Of a stretch of DNA of 27,746 nt, positions 1-8,700 are shown one piece after another. The DNA lies in NCBI GenBank assembly GCA_033762915.1, contig JANRLD010000030.1, positions 1 to 27,746 of the forward strand. Reading direction: 5' to 3'. Made by a program: the position numbers and the translations under genes. Each line of letters opens with the position of its first letter. Position 1 is the stretch's first letter. This DNA comes from Meiothermus sp. Its GTDB lineage: Bacteria; Deinococcota; Deinococci; Deinococcales; Thermaceae. Under the pieces are notes generated by a model, which saw only the letters and a program-made list of their open reading frames with translations, was not told where the DNA came from and did no database searches.

Positions 1-31
1 GCTGCAGCGGCGAAGTTAAAAGGATAGTGTT

Positions 32-1774
32 ATGCGTACAGAATATTGCGGACAGCTCAATCTGTCTCATGTGGGTCAGCAAGTCACGCTTTGCGGCTGG
101 GTAAACCGCCGTCGCGACCTAGGGGGGCTGATCTTTATCGACCTCCGCGACCGTGAGGGCATCGTGCAGGTGGTAGTTAGCCCGGACTCCGGCGCTTACG
201 CCGAGGCCAGTCGGGTGCGCTCGGAGTGGGTTGTACGGGTGAGCGGAAAGGTGAGGGCCCGGCCGGCGGAGCAAGTCAATGCCAAGATCGCCACGGGCGC
301 GGTCGAGGTGGAAGCCGAGGGTCTCGAGGTGCTCTCGGAGGCCCGTACCCCGCCCTTCCAAATCGATGCTGCCTGGCGCGGCGAGGATGACCAAAGTGTA
401 AGCGAGGAAGTTCGACTCAGAAACCGTGTGGTGGACCTGCGCCGCAAGCGCCTGCACGACAACCTTCGGCTTCGCCACAAGACCATCGCAGCCATTTATC
501 GCTTTCTCGACGCCGAGGGGTTTATTGGCGTCGAGACGCCGTTCTTGACCCGCTCCACCCCAGAAGGAGCCCGGGACTTCCTGGTGCCTTCCCGGCTCGA
601 GCCCGGATCGTTTTACGCACTACCGCAATCGCCGCAGCTGTTCAAGCAAATGCTGATGGTTGCGGGCTACGACCGCTATTTCCAGGTGGCCCGCTGTTTT
701 CGCGATGAAGACCTTCGGGCCGACCGACAGCCCGACTTTACCCAACTCGATCTCGAAATGTCCTTTGTTAACCAGGAAGACATCATCGAGTTAAACGAGC
801 GCCTGATCCAATACGTGATGCGGGAGACACTGGGGGTCGAGGTTGCCCTCCCCTTTCCGCGCCTGTCCTATGCGGACGCGATGAATCGCTACGGCTCGGA
901 CAAGCCCGATCTGCGGATTGGACTGGAGTTCCAGGACGTGACCGAGCTTTTCAAGGGCGGAGAGTTTAAGGCGTTTTCCGCTTCCGAGACGGTGAAATGC
1001 CTAGTTGTTCCCTCTCCCCTGCCGCGGAAGGAAATCGACGCGCTCGAGGTGGTCGCCAAGTCCAAGGGCGCGGCAGGGCTGGCCTGGGCCAAGCTCGAGG
1101 GCGGGACCCTTTCTGGAGGCATCTCAAAGTTTATTCCAGCCGGCTTCGCCGAAAAGGTCGGGATGCAGGAGGGCCAGACGGTACTGTTCGCGGCCGGGCC
1201 GTGGCGGAAGAGCGTGGAGAGCCTTGGCGCGGTGCGGCTGGAAGTGGCCCGGCGCTTGGAGCTGGTCGGACCCGGCTACAAAATGGCCTGGATTGTGGAC
1301 TTCCCGATGTTCGAGTGGGACGAGGACAGCCAGACCTGGACCTTCATGCACCACCCCTTCACCCACCCCAACGAGGAGGACCTGGGCCACCTCGACTCAG
1401 GCGACCTAGGAAAGGTGCGGGCCTATGCCTATGACCTCACCTTTAACGGGTCTGAGGCGCTGGGAGGTTCGATCCGTATCCACCGCCGCGACCTCCAGGA
1501 GAAGATCTTCAAGTTGCTGGGCATCGATGTCGAGACCGCCCAGGACAAGTTTGGGTTTCTTTTGGATGCCCTTTCCTACGGTGCACCCCCGCACGGTGGC
1601 TGCGCCTGGGGGCTCGACCGGTGGATCGCCAACATGGCGGGCGAAGACTCTATTCGCGAGGTGATCGCCTTTCCCAAGAACAAAGAGGGCAAGGAGCCCC
1701 TCACCGGTGCACCGACGCCGGTGGACGAACGGCAACTGGAGACGGTGGGGCTTCAGGTCAGGGGTAGGGAATGA
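32..1774 (+). CDS. aspS: Aspartate--tRNA ligase (bacterial type, probably discriminating); 5' end appears chimeric
   Basis: 580 aa with [14 protein letters not shown] OB-fold, [41 protein letters not shown] (motif 2), GGSIRIH and [12 protein letters not shown] (motif 3). RRDLG rather than RRDHG suggests the discriminating type. AAAGGA RBS upstream. Confidence 0.98.
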   Translation: [580 protein letters not shown]

Positions 1775-1858
1775 ATTCGCGGGTGCTAGGGAGAATCCGT
1801 CCCATTTTCGGGTTGTGCCTGCTCGCCCCGCTAAATACCCAACTGCTCGAGGTATACC

Positions 1859-2743
1859 GTGCCTAACATTCCTTACCTCCTGGTAGACGCCTTTACCGAG
1901 TTTAAGGGCGGGGGCAACCGGGTTGCGTTGGTGCTGGACGCCAGGGACCTGACGGGCGACGAGATGTACCTGGTGGCCTCGAGACTCCAGCAATCGCAGG
2001 CCGCATTTGTAACGGAATGGGACGCGGCCGGCTACACCCTGCGCTTTTTTGCCGCAAACGGGGAGCTCGAGTTCAGCGGCCATGCAGCGGTGGCGACTGC
2101 CTCGGCGCTGCAGCAAACCGGGCGGGTGCCCGCTCACCTGAAGAAGATCTACCTAAAGACAGTGGCCGAGACGCTGACGGCGGAACTTGAGGCCGACCGG
2201 GTGCGTGTCCAGAGCCCCGCCCCCCGCTTCCGCGACCCCCCGCAGTGGAGGACCATGCAGGAGTTCGCCGAGGCGCTGGGGGCCAATGAGCGCTACCTGC
2301 ACCGAGGTCTGCCGTACGGCATCGCCTACACCGGACTTTGGGCCTTGTTCATACCGGTGGTAGCGCCGGGCCTGCTCGACGACCTCGAGCCAGAGATGGA
2401 GGTGCTTTCCGAGCTAAGCACCAAAACCAATGTTGCAGCAGTGCACGTCTTCGCCCCCTATAGCCCGCGACGCTTCTACGCCCGAACCTTCGCCCCGGCG
2501 CTGGGCATCCCCGAGGATCCGGTCACCGGCTCAGCCAATGCGGCGCTAGGGGCGCTCCTGGCACGGGCCGGGGTGGTGCCGCGCTGGGAGGGTGAGGTCA
2601 ACTTGACCGTCACGCAGGGCCACCGCATGGGTGGACCCGGCCAGGTCGAGGTCAGGATCGTTTACGAGCCCTCGGGCGCCATCGTGGCGGCCTACATCGG
2701 CGGCAAGGCCACCATCGCCGAGCGAGGGGAACTCGAGCTATGA
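1859..2743 (+). CDS. PhzF family isomerase/epimerase
   Basis: VDAF..GGN.VALV, LRFF...ELEFSGHA, EDPVTGSAN and QGHRMG motifs; GTG start with GAGG upstream. Confidence 0.92.
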   Translation: MPNIPYLLVDAFTEFKGGGNRVALVLDARDLTGDEMYLVASRLQQSQAAFVTEWDAAGYTLRFFAANGELEFSGHAAVATASALQQTGRVPAHLKKIYLKTVAETLTAELEADRVRVQSPAPRFRDPPQWRTMQEFAEALGANERYLHRGLPYGIAYTGLWALFIPVVAPGLLDDLEPEMEVLSELSTKTNVAAVHVFAPYSPRRFYARTFAPALGIPEDPVTGSANAALGALLARAGVVPRWEGEVNLTVTQGHRMGGPGQVEVRIVYEPSGAIVAAYIGGKATIAERGELEL

Positions 2744-2819
2744 ACTTGCTGCGCGACAGGGCACTGTTCGGTTGGATACGCTCTTGGATATTCGAGGGTG
2801 TGAGGGAAGCAGGACAGGC

Positions 2820-3623
2820 ATGATTCGACTGGTTTTGATTGACGTGGACGGAACCCTTTACGGCCCCAACGGGGTCCCGGAATGTGCCTGGGCAGCGGCC
2901 CAACGGGCTGTGGCGGCGGGGCTGCATCTGGCGCTTTGTACCGGGCGCCCGGGCAGGGGGAGAGCCCTCGAGTACGCCGCAAAAATCGACCCTGCAGGGT
3001 TGCACATTTTTGAGTCTGGCGCAGTGGTGTTGCGCGGCAGCGGGTCGCACGAGAAGGTGACGCCGCTGCCCGAGGAAAGCTATCGCAGGCTACTCGGGCT
3101 GTCCCGCGAGTACTCGGTTCCCTTCGAGGCCTATACCGCCGATGGCGGCTACTATCGCGAGGAGGATCACCCCGATCTGCTGGCCCACGAGCGGATGCTG
3201 GGCTACGGTGCGGTTGTAGAGCCGATGGACGCCCTACCGGGAATCATCGTACGGGCGCAATTCGTGCCCAGACCAGGGTCTGGGTGGGACGCGGTGCGAA
3301 AAGCAGTGTTGGGTATGGATGAAGTCGAGCTACACGAGGCAACCTCACCGGGCGTGCCGGGGGTCGGGTTTAACTCGGTCACCACAGCGGGGGTGTCGAA
3401 GCTCGAGGCCGCCCGCTGGATGGCCGGACGCTTCGGCTACGGTCTGGAAAACGTGATGATGGTCGGCGACGGCGAGAACGACCTCGAGCTGATTCGCGCA
3501 GCAGGGCTGGGTGTGGCAATGGGCAACGCCCCAGCGGTGGTACAGGCCGGGGCCGACCGGGTGGTGGCCGACGTGGAGGGCTGCGGGCTGGCAGAAGCGC
3601 TCGAGTTGGCCATGGGTTCTTGA
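2820..3623 (+). CDS. Cof-type HAD-IIB hydrolase
   Basis: DVDGTL motif I, CTGR motif II, SK motif III, GDGENDLEL motif IV, AMGNA. Start moved from 2631 to ATG 2820 (AGGA RBS; avoids the phzF overlap). Confidence 0.93.
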   Translation: MIRLVLIDVDGTLYGPNGVPECAWAAAQRAVAAGLHLALCTGRPGRGRALEYAAKIDPAGLHIFESGAVVLRGSGSHEKVTPLPEESYRRLLGLSREYSVPFEAYTADGGYYREEDHPDLLAHERMLGYGAVVEPMDALPGIIVRAQFVPRPGSGWDAVRKAVLGMDEVELHEATSPGVPGVGFNSVTTAGVSKLEAARWMAGRFGYGLENVMMVGDGENDLELIRAAGLGVAMGNAPAVVQAGADRVVADVEGCGLAEALELAMGS

Positions 3624-3785
3624 GGCGCGGTCGAGTCTCGAGAAACCCGGCGCCCTAAGCCACAGGGGTTTGTGCAAGACGCGAGACAGGGCACTGTGAC
3701 TGCGGCGCAGGTTTGGTAAAGGAAACTCTGCCCATTGTGCCTTGCAGAGCAACCACGTTCTCGCTCCTGTGGCATCTTGTGAGCA

Positions 3786-4670
3786 ATGCCCCGTGCCTAC
3801 TCCACCGCCCACCAGAACCTCGAGCTGCCCGATTACCATCCCTTCCCCAAGTACAAATACGGTGGCGTGGCCGAAGCACTCGGCGATGTGCTGGACGTGT
3901 GTCCCGCCCCGGCGATTGCCTGGGAGTCACTGGCGCTGGCGCATGACGGGGAGTATTTGAAGAAGATTCGCCTCGAGGGCCTCAGCAAACAGGAGGCCCA
4001 CAAGGTTGGTTTGCCCTGGACAACCAGCCTGCTCACCCGGGCCTTGCACGCGGCCGGGGGAACGCTTAGTGCTACACGGGATGCCCTGGAGAGCGGGCTC
4101 GGTCTCAACCTCGCGGGCGGCACCCACCACGCCTACCGCGACCGGGCTGAGGGGTACTGCATCTTTAATGACGTTGCGGTGGCTACCGCCAACCTGCGGG
4201 CCGAGGGCTGGAACGGTCGGGTTTTGGTGGTTGACCTCGACGCTCACCAGGGCAATGGTACAGCCGTGATGTTCGCGGGCGACCCCAGCGTGTTCACCCT
4301 CTCGGTGCATGCCGAGCGAAACTACCCGCTCAAAAAGGAGCGTTCTGACCTCGACGTAGGGCTGGGAGACGGCTCGAGCGACACCGAGTACTTGGAGGCT
4401 CTCGAGCCCGCCCTGGACACCGCCTTTGCCTCGAAGCCAGACCTGGTCTTCTTCAATGCCGGAGTGGATGTGATGAAAAACGACCGCTTTGGGAGACTAG
4501 GGCTAAGCCTTGAGGGGGTGGCCGAGCGTGAGCGGCGGGTGTTTGAGTCGGTCAGGCGAATTAACAAACCCCTGGTGGTGGTGATGGGCGGAGGCTACAA
4601 CCGCGATCCCCGCATGACAGTGGCCGGACACGCCCAGACCTACCGGCTGGCTCTCGAGGAGCTGGGATAG
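3786..4670 (+). CDS. Zn-dependent histone deacetylase family protein (acyl-lysine/polyamine deacylase)
   Basis: HPFPKYKY, GGTHHA....EGYCIFND, DLDAHQGNGT, AGVD....DRFGRL and GGGY motifs. Confidence 0.94.
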   Translation: MPRAYSTAHQNLELPDYHPFPKYKYGGVAEALGDVLDVCPAPAIAWESLALAHDGEYLKKIRLEGLSKQEAHKVGLPWTTSLLTRALHAAGGTLSATRDALESGLGLNLAGGTHHAYRDRAEGYCIFNDVAVATANLRAEGWNGRVLVVDLDAHQGNGTAVMFAGDPSVFTLSVHAERNYPLKKERSDLDVGLGDGSSDTEYLEALEPALDTAFASKPDLVFFNAGVDVMKNDRFGRLGLSLEGVAERERRVFESVRRINKPLVVVMGGGYNRDPRMTVAGHAQTYRLALEELG

Positions 4671-4779
4671 ATCTTTAGTCGAGAAACTTGACCTGACGTA
4701 TCACCTCAACCGACCGAGCCAGTCATAAATTGAAGCACAGTGCGATGTCGTCGACACTCCTAGACGGTAAAACCCGCTT

Positions 4780-6084
4780 ATGAACCTGGTCTGGCACCGC
4801 GCCGAGCTGCGCCTACACGACAACCCCGCACTAGAGGCCGCAACCCAGGCCGGACCGACCGTGGGGGTGGTGGTATTCGACCCTCGAGTCCTCGAGCACA
4901 CCTCGCCGCGCCGTCGGGCCTGGTTCTTCGAAAACGTGAAGGCGCTGCGAAACTCCTACCTGAGTCGGGGCGGAATCTTGTTGACCCGCTCAGGCCAGCC
5001 GTGGGAAGTGCTACCCCGCCTAGTGGAGGAACTGGGCATTCACAAGGTCTACGCGGCCCGCAACTTCACCCCCTATGCCACCGAACGCGACGCCAAGGTG
5101 GAGAGCCGCTTGGCAGGCAAGATCAGTTGGCACGATGGACAGTATATCCACCAGCCGGGCACCATCCTGCGCCCGGACGGCGGGGCCTACTCGGTCTTTA
5201 CCCCATACTCCAAGCGCTGGTGGGCGGCGGGCGAGCCGGCCCAGCCGCAAGCTCCCGAGCGCTTCACCAGGGTGAACTTGCCCGAAGGTTTTGAGCAGGG
5301 CGAGATCCCGGCGGAACAGTCCGACGTGCCGCTGCCGGTACCGGGCGAGGAGGCTGCCCTGAGGGCCCTGGAGGCGTTTGTCTCCGAAAAGCTCCTGCAG
5401 TACCATCAGACTCGAGACGCCCTGTCGGGCCAAGGGGCGTCCCGGCTTTCGGCTTACTTCAACATCGGGGTGCTTTCGTCCCGTCTGGCCATGACCAGGG
5501 CGCTGCGGTCGGGCGCGGGAGAGGGGGAGCGAAAATGGGTCAGCGAGTTGGCCTGGCGCGACTTCAGCGCCGACCTGATGTACCACCGTCCGGAGATGCT
5601 GGACCAAGCCTTCGATTCTCGATTTAACCGCCTGCCCTGGAACCCCGACCCGACCCTATATCAGGCCTGGCTGCATGGCCAAACCGGTGTTCCGGTGGTG
5701 GACGCCGCGATGCGCGAACTGCGGGCCACCGGCATGACCTCCAACCGCGCCAGAATGTGCGTGGCTCAGTATGCCGTGAAACTGGCCCTGCTGCCCTGGA
5801 AAAAGTGTGAGCGAGACTTCCGAGATCTGCTGCTCGACGGCGACACTGCCACCAACGTTCAGGGCTGGCAGTGGGCGGGTGGTCTGGGAGTCGACGCCGC
5901 GCCGTACTTCCGTGTCTACAACATGGAAAAACAGGCCGAGACCCACGACCCCACGGGCGAGTGGCTGATCCTGTGGGCACCCGAATCGGGCGGCAAACCT
6001 CAGCCGTACAAGCCGCTGGCTTTCGATCTGGATTTCGGCCGGACGCGGTACCTCGAGGCTGCTGGAAAGATTTTGAAGGGGTAG
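4780..6084 (+). CDS. phrB: Deoxyribodipyrimidine (CPD) photolyase
   Basis: WHRAELRLHDNPAL, Y.VFTPY, SRLSAYFNIG, ELAWRDF, GQTGVPVVDAAMREL, NRARM, DGD.ATN.QGWQW and APYFR motifs. Confidence 0.93.
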   Translation: MNLVWHRAELRLHDNPALEAATQAGPTVGVVVFDPRVLEHTSPRRRAWFFENVKALRNSYLSRGGILLTRSGQPWEVLPRLVEELGIHKVYAARNFTPYATERDAKVESRLAGKISWHDGQYIHQPGTILRPDGGAYSVFTPYSKRWWAAGEPAQPQAPERFTRVNLPEGFEQGEIPAEQSDVPLPVPGEEAALRALEAFVSEKLLQYHQTRDALSGQGASRLSAYFNIGVLSSRLAMTRALRSGAGEGERKWVSELAWRDFSADLMYHRPEMLDQAFDSRFNRLPWNPDPTLYQAWLHGQTGVPVVDAAMRELRATGMTSNRARMCVAQYAVKLALLPWKKCERDFRDLLLDGDTATNVQGWQWAGGLGVDAAPYFRVYNMEKQAETHDPTGEWLILWAPESGGKPQPYKPLAFDLDFGRTRYLEAAGKILKG

Positions 6085-6155
6085 TGGAAACAGGAGGTTT
6101 TACAGGCGATGAATCAAAACAAGTCAAGGCAGATGTACTTTCGCCAGCAATCGGG

Positions 6156-6578
6156 TTAGGCCGCCTTTATTTGTTGAACCGTGCTTACAGTTTGCCGGCC
6201 GGTCCACCACCACACCCCCCAGAGCAGCACCAAACCCAATCCAGCTACGAACATGATGATGTTTCGAAAAAACTGAATGGTTACCAATTGTAGGGGGTAT
6301 ATCTCGTTTTCCCGAAGGTAAGTCTCGTTGACCAGCCTCGAGCCCTCGGGGCCTTGGCCCTCGAGAAAAGCGTTGGGGTCACGGATAATCAGCATCTGTG
6401 GTGAACCGATGGGAGTGCCTGGGCTTACGTCAGCGAATAGAGCCGAGGCGTCAGAGGGTTCAACCCGCTGGACCAGCTGGGCTCCGCTAGCGATTACACT
6501 TGTCACAATCCAGGTTCCCACCAGCACCAAAGCCGCCAATATCATCCCAAAGATCGAGAGCCGATTGAGCATTCGCAT
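6156..6578 (-). CDS. Hypothetical membrane protein (two TM helices flanking an ~75-aa loop)
   Basis: AAGGAG RBS; N- and C-terminal hydrophobic helices; no family recognised. Confidence 0.8.
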   Translation of the reverse strand: MRMLNRLSIFGMILAALVLVGTWIVTSVIASGAQLVQRVEPSDASALFADVSPGTPIGSPQMLIIRDPNAFLEGQGPEGSRLVNETYLRENEIYPLQLVTIQFFRNIIMFVAGLGLVLLWGVWWWTGRQTVSTVQQIKAA

Positions 6579-6692
6579 TTGGTCTCCTTATCGCGTTTCC
6601 AATCTATACTTGGCCCACGGGGAGGAGTATTGCACTCGGAACGTCAATAGCCGCCGTACCGAGTGTTCGTGGGAACCGCTCTGATTGAGCAG

Positions 6693-6718
6693 GGGCACGG
6701 AGAGTTCTTTCCGTGCCC
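6693..6718 (-). terminator. Stem-loop downstream of yceI
   Basis: GGGCACGGA-N8-TCCGTGCCC 9-bp inverted repeat; no clear U-tract. Confidence 0.5.
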
Positions 6719-6780
6719 GCCAGCCCACTCGTTGTGTAAGTTTTCCGCCTGACCTAAGTTTTTCTCTGCTGTACGAGCAA

Positions 6781-7377
6781 TTACTGTCCGGTCGTCCCAA
6801 TCACCCGCAATCGGATGGAGAGCTCGTTGTTCACCTGATTGGGAGCGCGGTTGGTGATATTGAAGTCGGTCAGTTTGATTTTGAACTCGGTCGCAAGAGC
6901 CACCACGTCGCCCTGTAGACGAGCCGCTCTAGTGGTCTCAGAGGCGGGGGTGAAACGCAGCGTGGCGGGTACTGTGATGGAGCGGGTTACGCCGTTCATG
7001 GTCAGATTGCCCGTCACTTGATAATTGTCGCCCGAAGTGTTGCGGACGGAGGTGGTGACGAAGCGAATCTCGGGGCGGGCATCGAAGTTAAACCAGTTGA
7101 CCGAACGCATGTGTTCGTTGCGCAGCGGGATACCAGTATCAATGCTGGCTCCATTGACCACGATGGTGCCGGAACCGGTCTTGGTCTGGGGGTTAAACAC
7201 GATGGTGCCCTGAATATTCGAAGTGCGCCCGGTGAAGTTCTCGAGCACTGTCTCGCTCTCTACAGTGGCGGTGTTTACATTGGCCTGCTGGGGGTTGATG
7301 ACAAAACTGCGGCCCTCGGCCAGTCCAAGACCAGACAAAGTGGCGACTAGAGCTATGAGTGTACCTTTGAATTTCAT
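6781..7377 (-). CDS. YceI family lipid/polyisoprenoid-binding protein with signal peptide
   Basis: Signal peptide MKFKGTLIALVATLSGLGLA; SIDTGIPLRNEHMRS..WFN....PEIRF and GNLTMNGVTR motifs; AAGGAG RBS. Confidence 0.93.
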   Translation of the reverse strand: MKFKGTLIALVATLSGLGLAEGRSFVINPQQANVNTATVESETVLENFTGRTSNIQGTIVFNPQTKTGSGTIVVNGASIDTGIPLRNEHMRSVNWFNFDARPEIRFVTTSVRNTSGDNYQVTGNLTMNGVTRSITVPATLRFTPASETTRAARLQGDVVALATEFKIKLTDFNITNRAPNQVNNELSIRLRVIGTTGQ

Positions 7378-7587
7378 GTAGGACTCCTTTGTGGAAGACG
7401 AGGTTGGTGTTTTCTCGCTTCATCAATTAAACTAATTCATTTTTCTAAGCGGAATGTTTTTTGGAATACAAAAAGATTACTCATAATGTCAACATTCACT
7501 TAATGCTTGCTAGAAAGGCAAATACAGGACACCCAGAGTCCCTTATTACTGGGATTCTGGCGAGATGAAAGCAGCCCCGGTATGTCT

Positions 7588-8169
7588 TCAGCGCAAAGCT
7601 TTCAACGCAAGCTTGATCAGCTCCTGCGTCCCTGCTTCGGGGTTCTTATGGGCGATCTCGGCTATCACCGTGCGCACCTGGGCTTCGCGGAATCCAAGGG
7701 TGATCAGGGCCAGTTCGGCCTCTTCGGTGGTTCGGGTCTGAACCAGGGTGCCGCCCTCGCCCATAAGGTGGGCGGGTACTTTGCCGCGAAGATCAAGTGC
7801 GATGCGCTCAGCTAGTTTTTTGCCCACCCCCTGTGCCGCTGTGAGGAGGCGTAGGTCGCCCTCGGCCAGGGCGCGGGCCAGCAGGGCAGTTGTTTGTGAA
7901 GAGAGCAGGTTAAGGGCCACCTTGGGCCCCACGCCCGAGACCGAGAGCAGCAGCTCAAACAGCTCGAGGCTGCGCTCCTCGGCAAATCCGTAGAGCGTGA
8001 TCCCGTCTTCCTTGACGATCATCACGGTGTGGATTGCGGCCTCCTGGCCAATGGTTAGGGTGGCGAGGGTGTTGGCCGGACAAAAGGCCTGGAACCCCAC
8101 CCCGCCCGACACCACCACCGCGAAGTTAACGCCCTTGGAAAGTACCTGGCCCTTAAGGTAGCGGATCAT
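7588..8169 (-). CDS. ruvA: Holliday junction branch migration protein RuvA
   Basis: MIRYLKG, LYGF, LLSVSGVGPKVAL and GVGKKLAERI HhH motifs, ALITLGF domain III. Leaderless: TAAGCT-6nt-ATG. Confidence 0.97.
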   Translation of the reverse strand: MIRYLKGQVLSKGVNFAVVVSGGVGFQAFCPANTLATLTIGQEAAIHTVMIVKEDGITLYGFAEERSLELFELLLSVSGVGPKVALNLLSSQTTALLARALAEGDLRLLTAAQGVGKKLAERIALDLRGKVPAHLMGEGGTLVQTRTTEEAELALITLGFREAQVRTVIAEIAHKNPEAGTQELIKLALKALR

Positions 8170-8495
8170 TGGGATAGCTTAAGGCGGATGGAGTATTGCG
8201 GGAAGCGGGGAGCTGGAAGATATCGGGCTGAAGCCAGGTCAGCACATTGGCACGAAAGGAACTTATGAATTGAGCGGACCTTGGGTCAGGGAGGGGCTTG
8301 TCTCAAGGGGACCTGCTTGAGATCCAGTGTATGTTTGGAAGAAGCACAAGTCCAAGAAGAAAACTCTTACGATCCGAATCGTCGTCTAGCAAAGTTAATT
8401 GGGTGAAAATACCAGTCCAAAGTGACCTCCCAACTCCAGTTTGTAAACACCCCGAATCGAGCCCTCGAGTATGGCCATTAAATCATGTTACCGGC

Positions 8496-8525
8496 TAGAC
8501 AAGGGGGGGAGGCGACAGGTACACT
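8496..8525 (+). promoter_or_regulatory. Sigma-70/SigA-like promoter of tRNA-Ala
   Basis: TAGACA (8496-8501), 18-nt spacer, TACACT (8520-8525), ending 14 nt before the tRNA. Confidence 0.65.
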
Positions 8526-8539
8526 ACGAAATCGGGCGA

Positions 8540-8617
<78 letters not shown>

Positions 8618-8621
8618 AGGT

Positions 8622-8656
8622 CGGAAGCCCCGCGAATCGGCGGGGTTTCCGTTTTT
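8622..8656 (+). terminator. Intrinsic terminator after tRNA-Ala
   Basis: CGGAAGCCCCGC / GCGGGGTTTCCG stem followed by TTTTT. Confidence 0.85.
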
Positions 8657-8700
8657 AATCACCCTTTGCGGATCCGATAATTTCCCAGGCTTTAGCAAAG

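Noticed and set aside
2631..2819. N-terminal extension of the HAD ORF
   Set aside because: It overlaps phzF; motif I begins right after ATG 2820, which has an RBS.
4671..4779. Light-responsive (LitR/CarH or LdrP) site upstream of the photolyase
   Set aside because: No convincing repeat or CRP-type dyad could be identified by eye.
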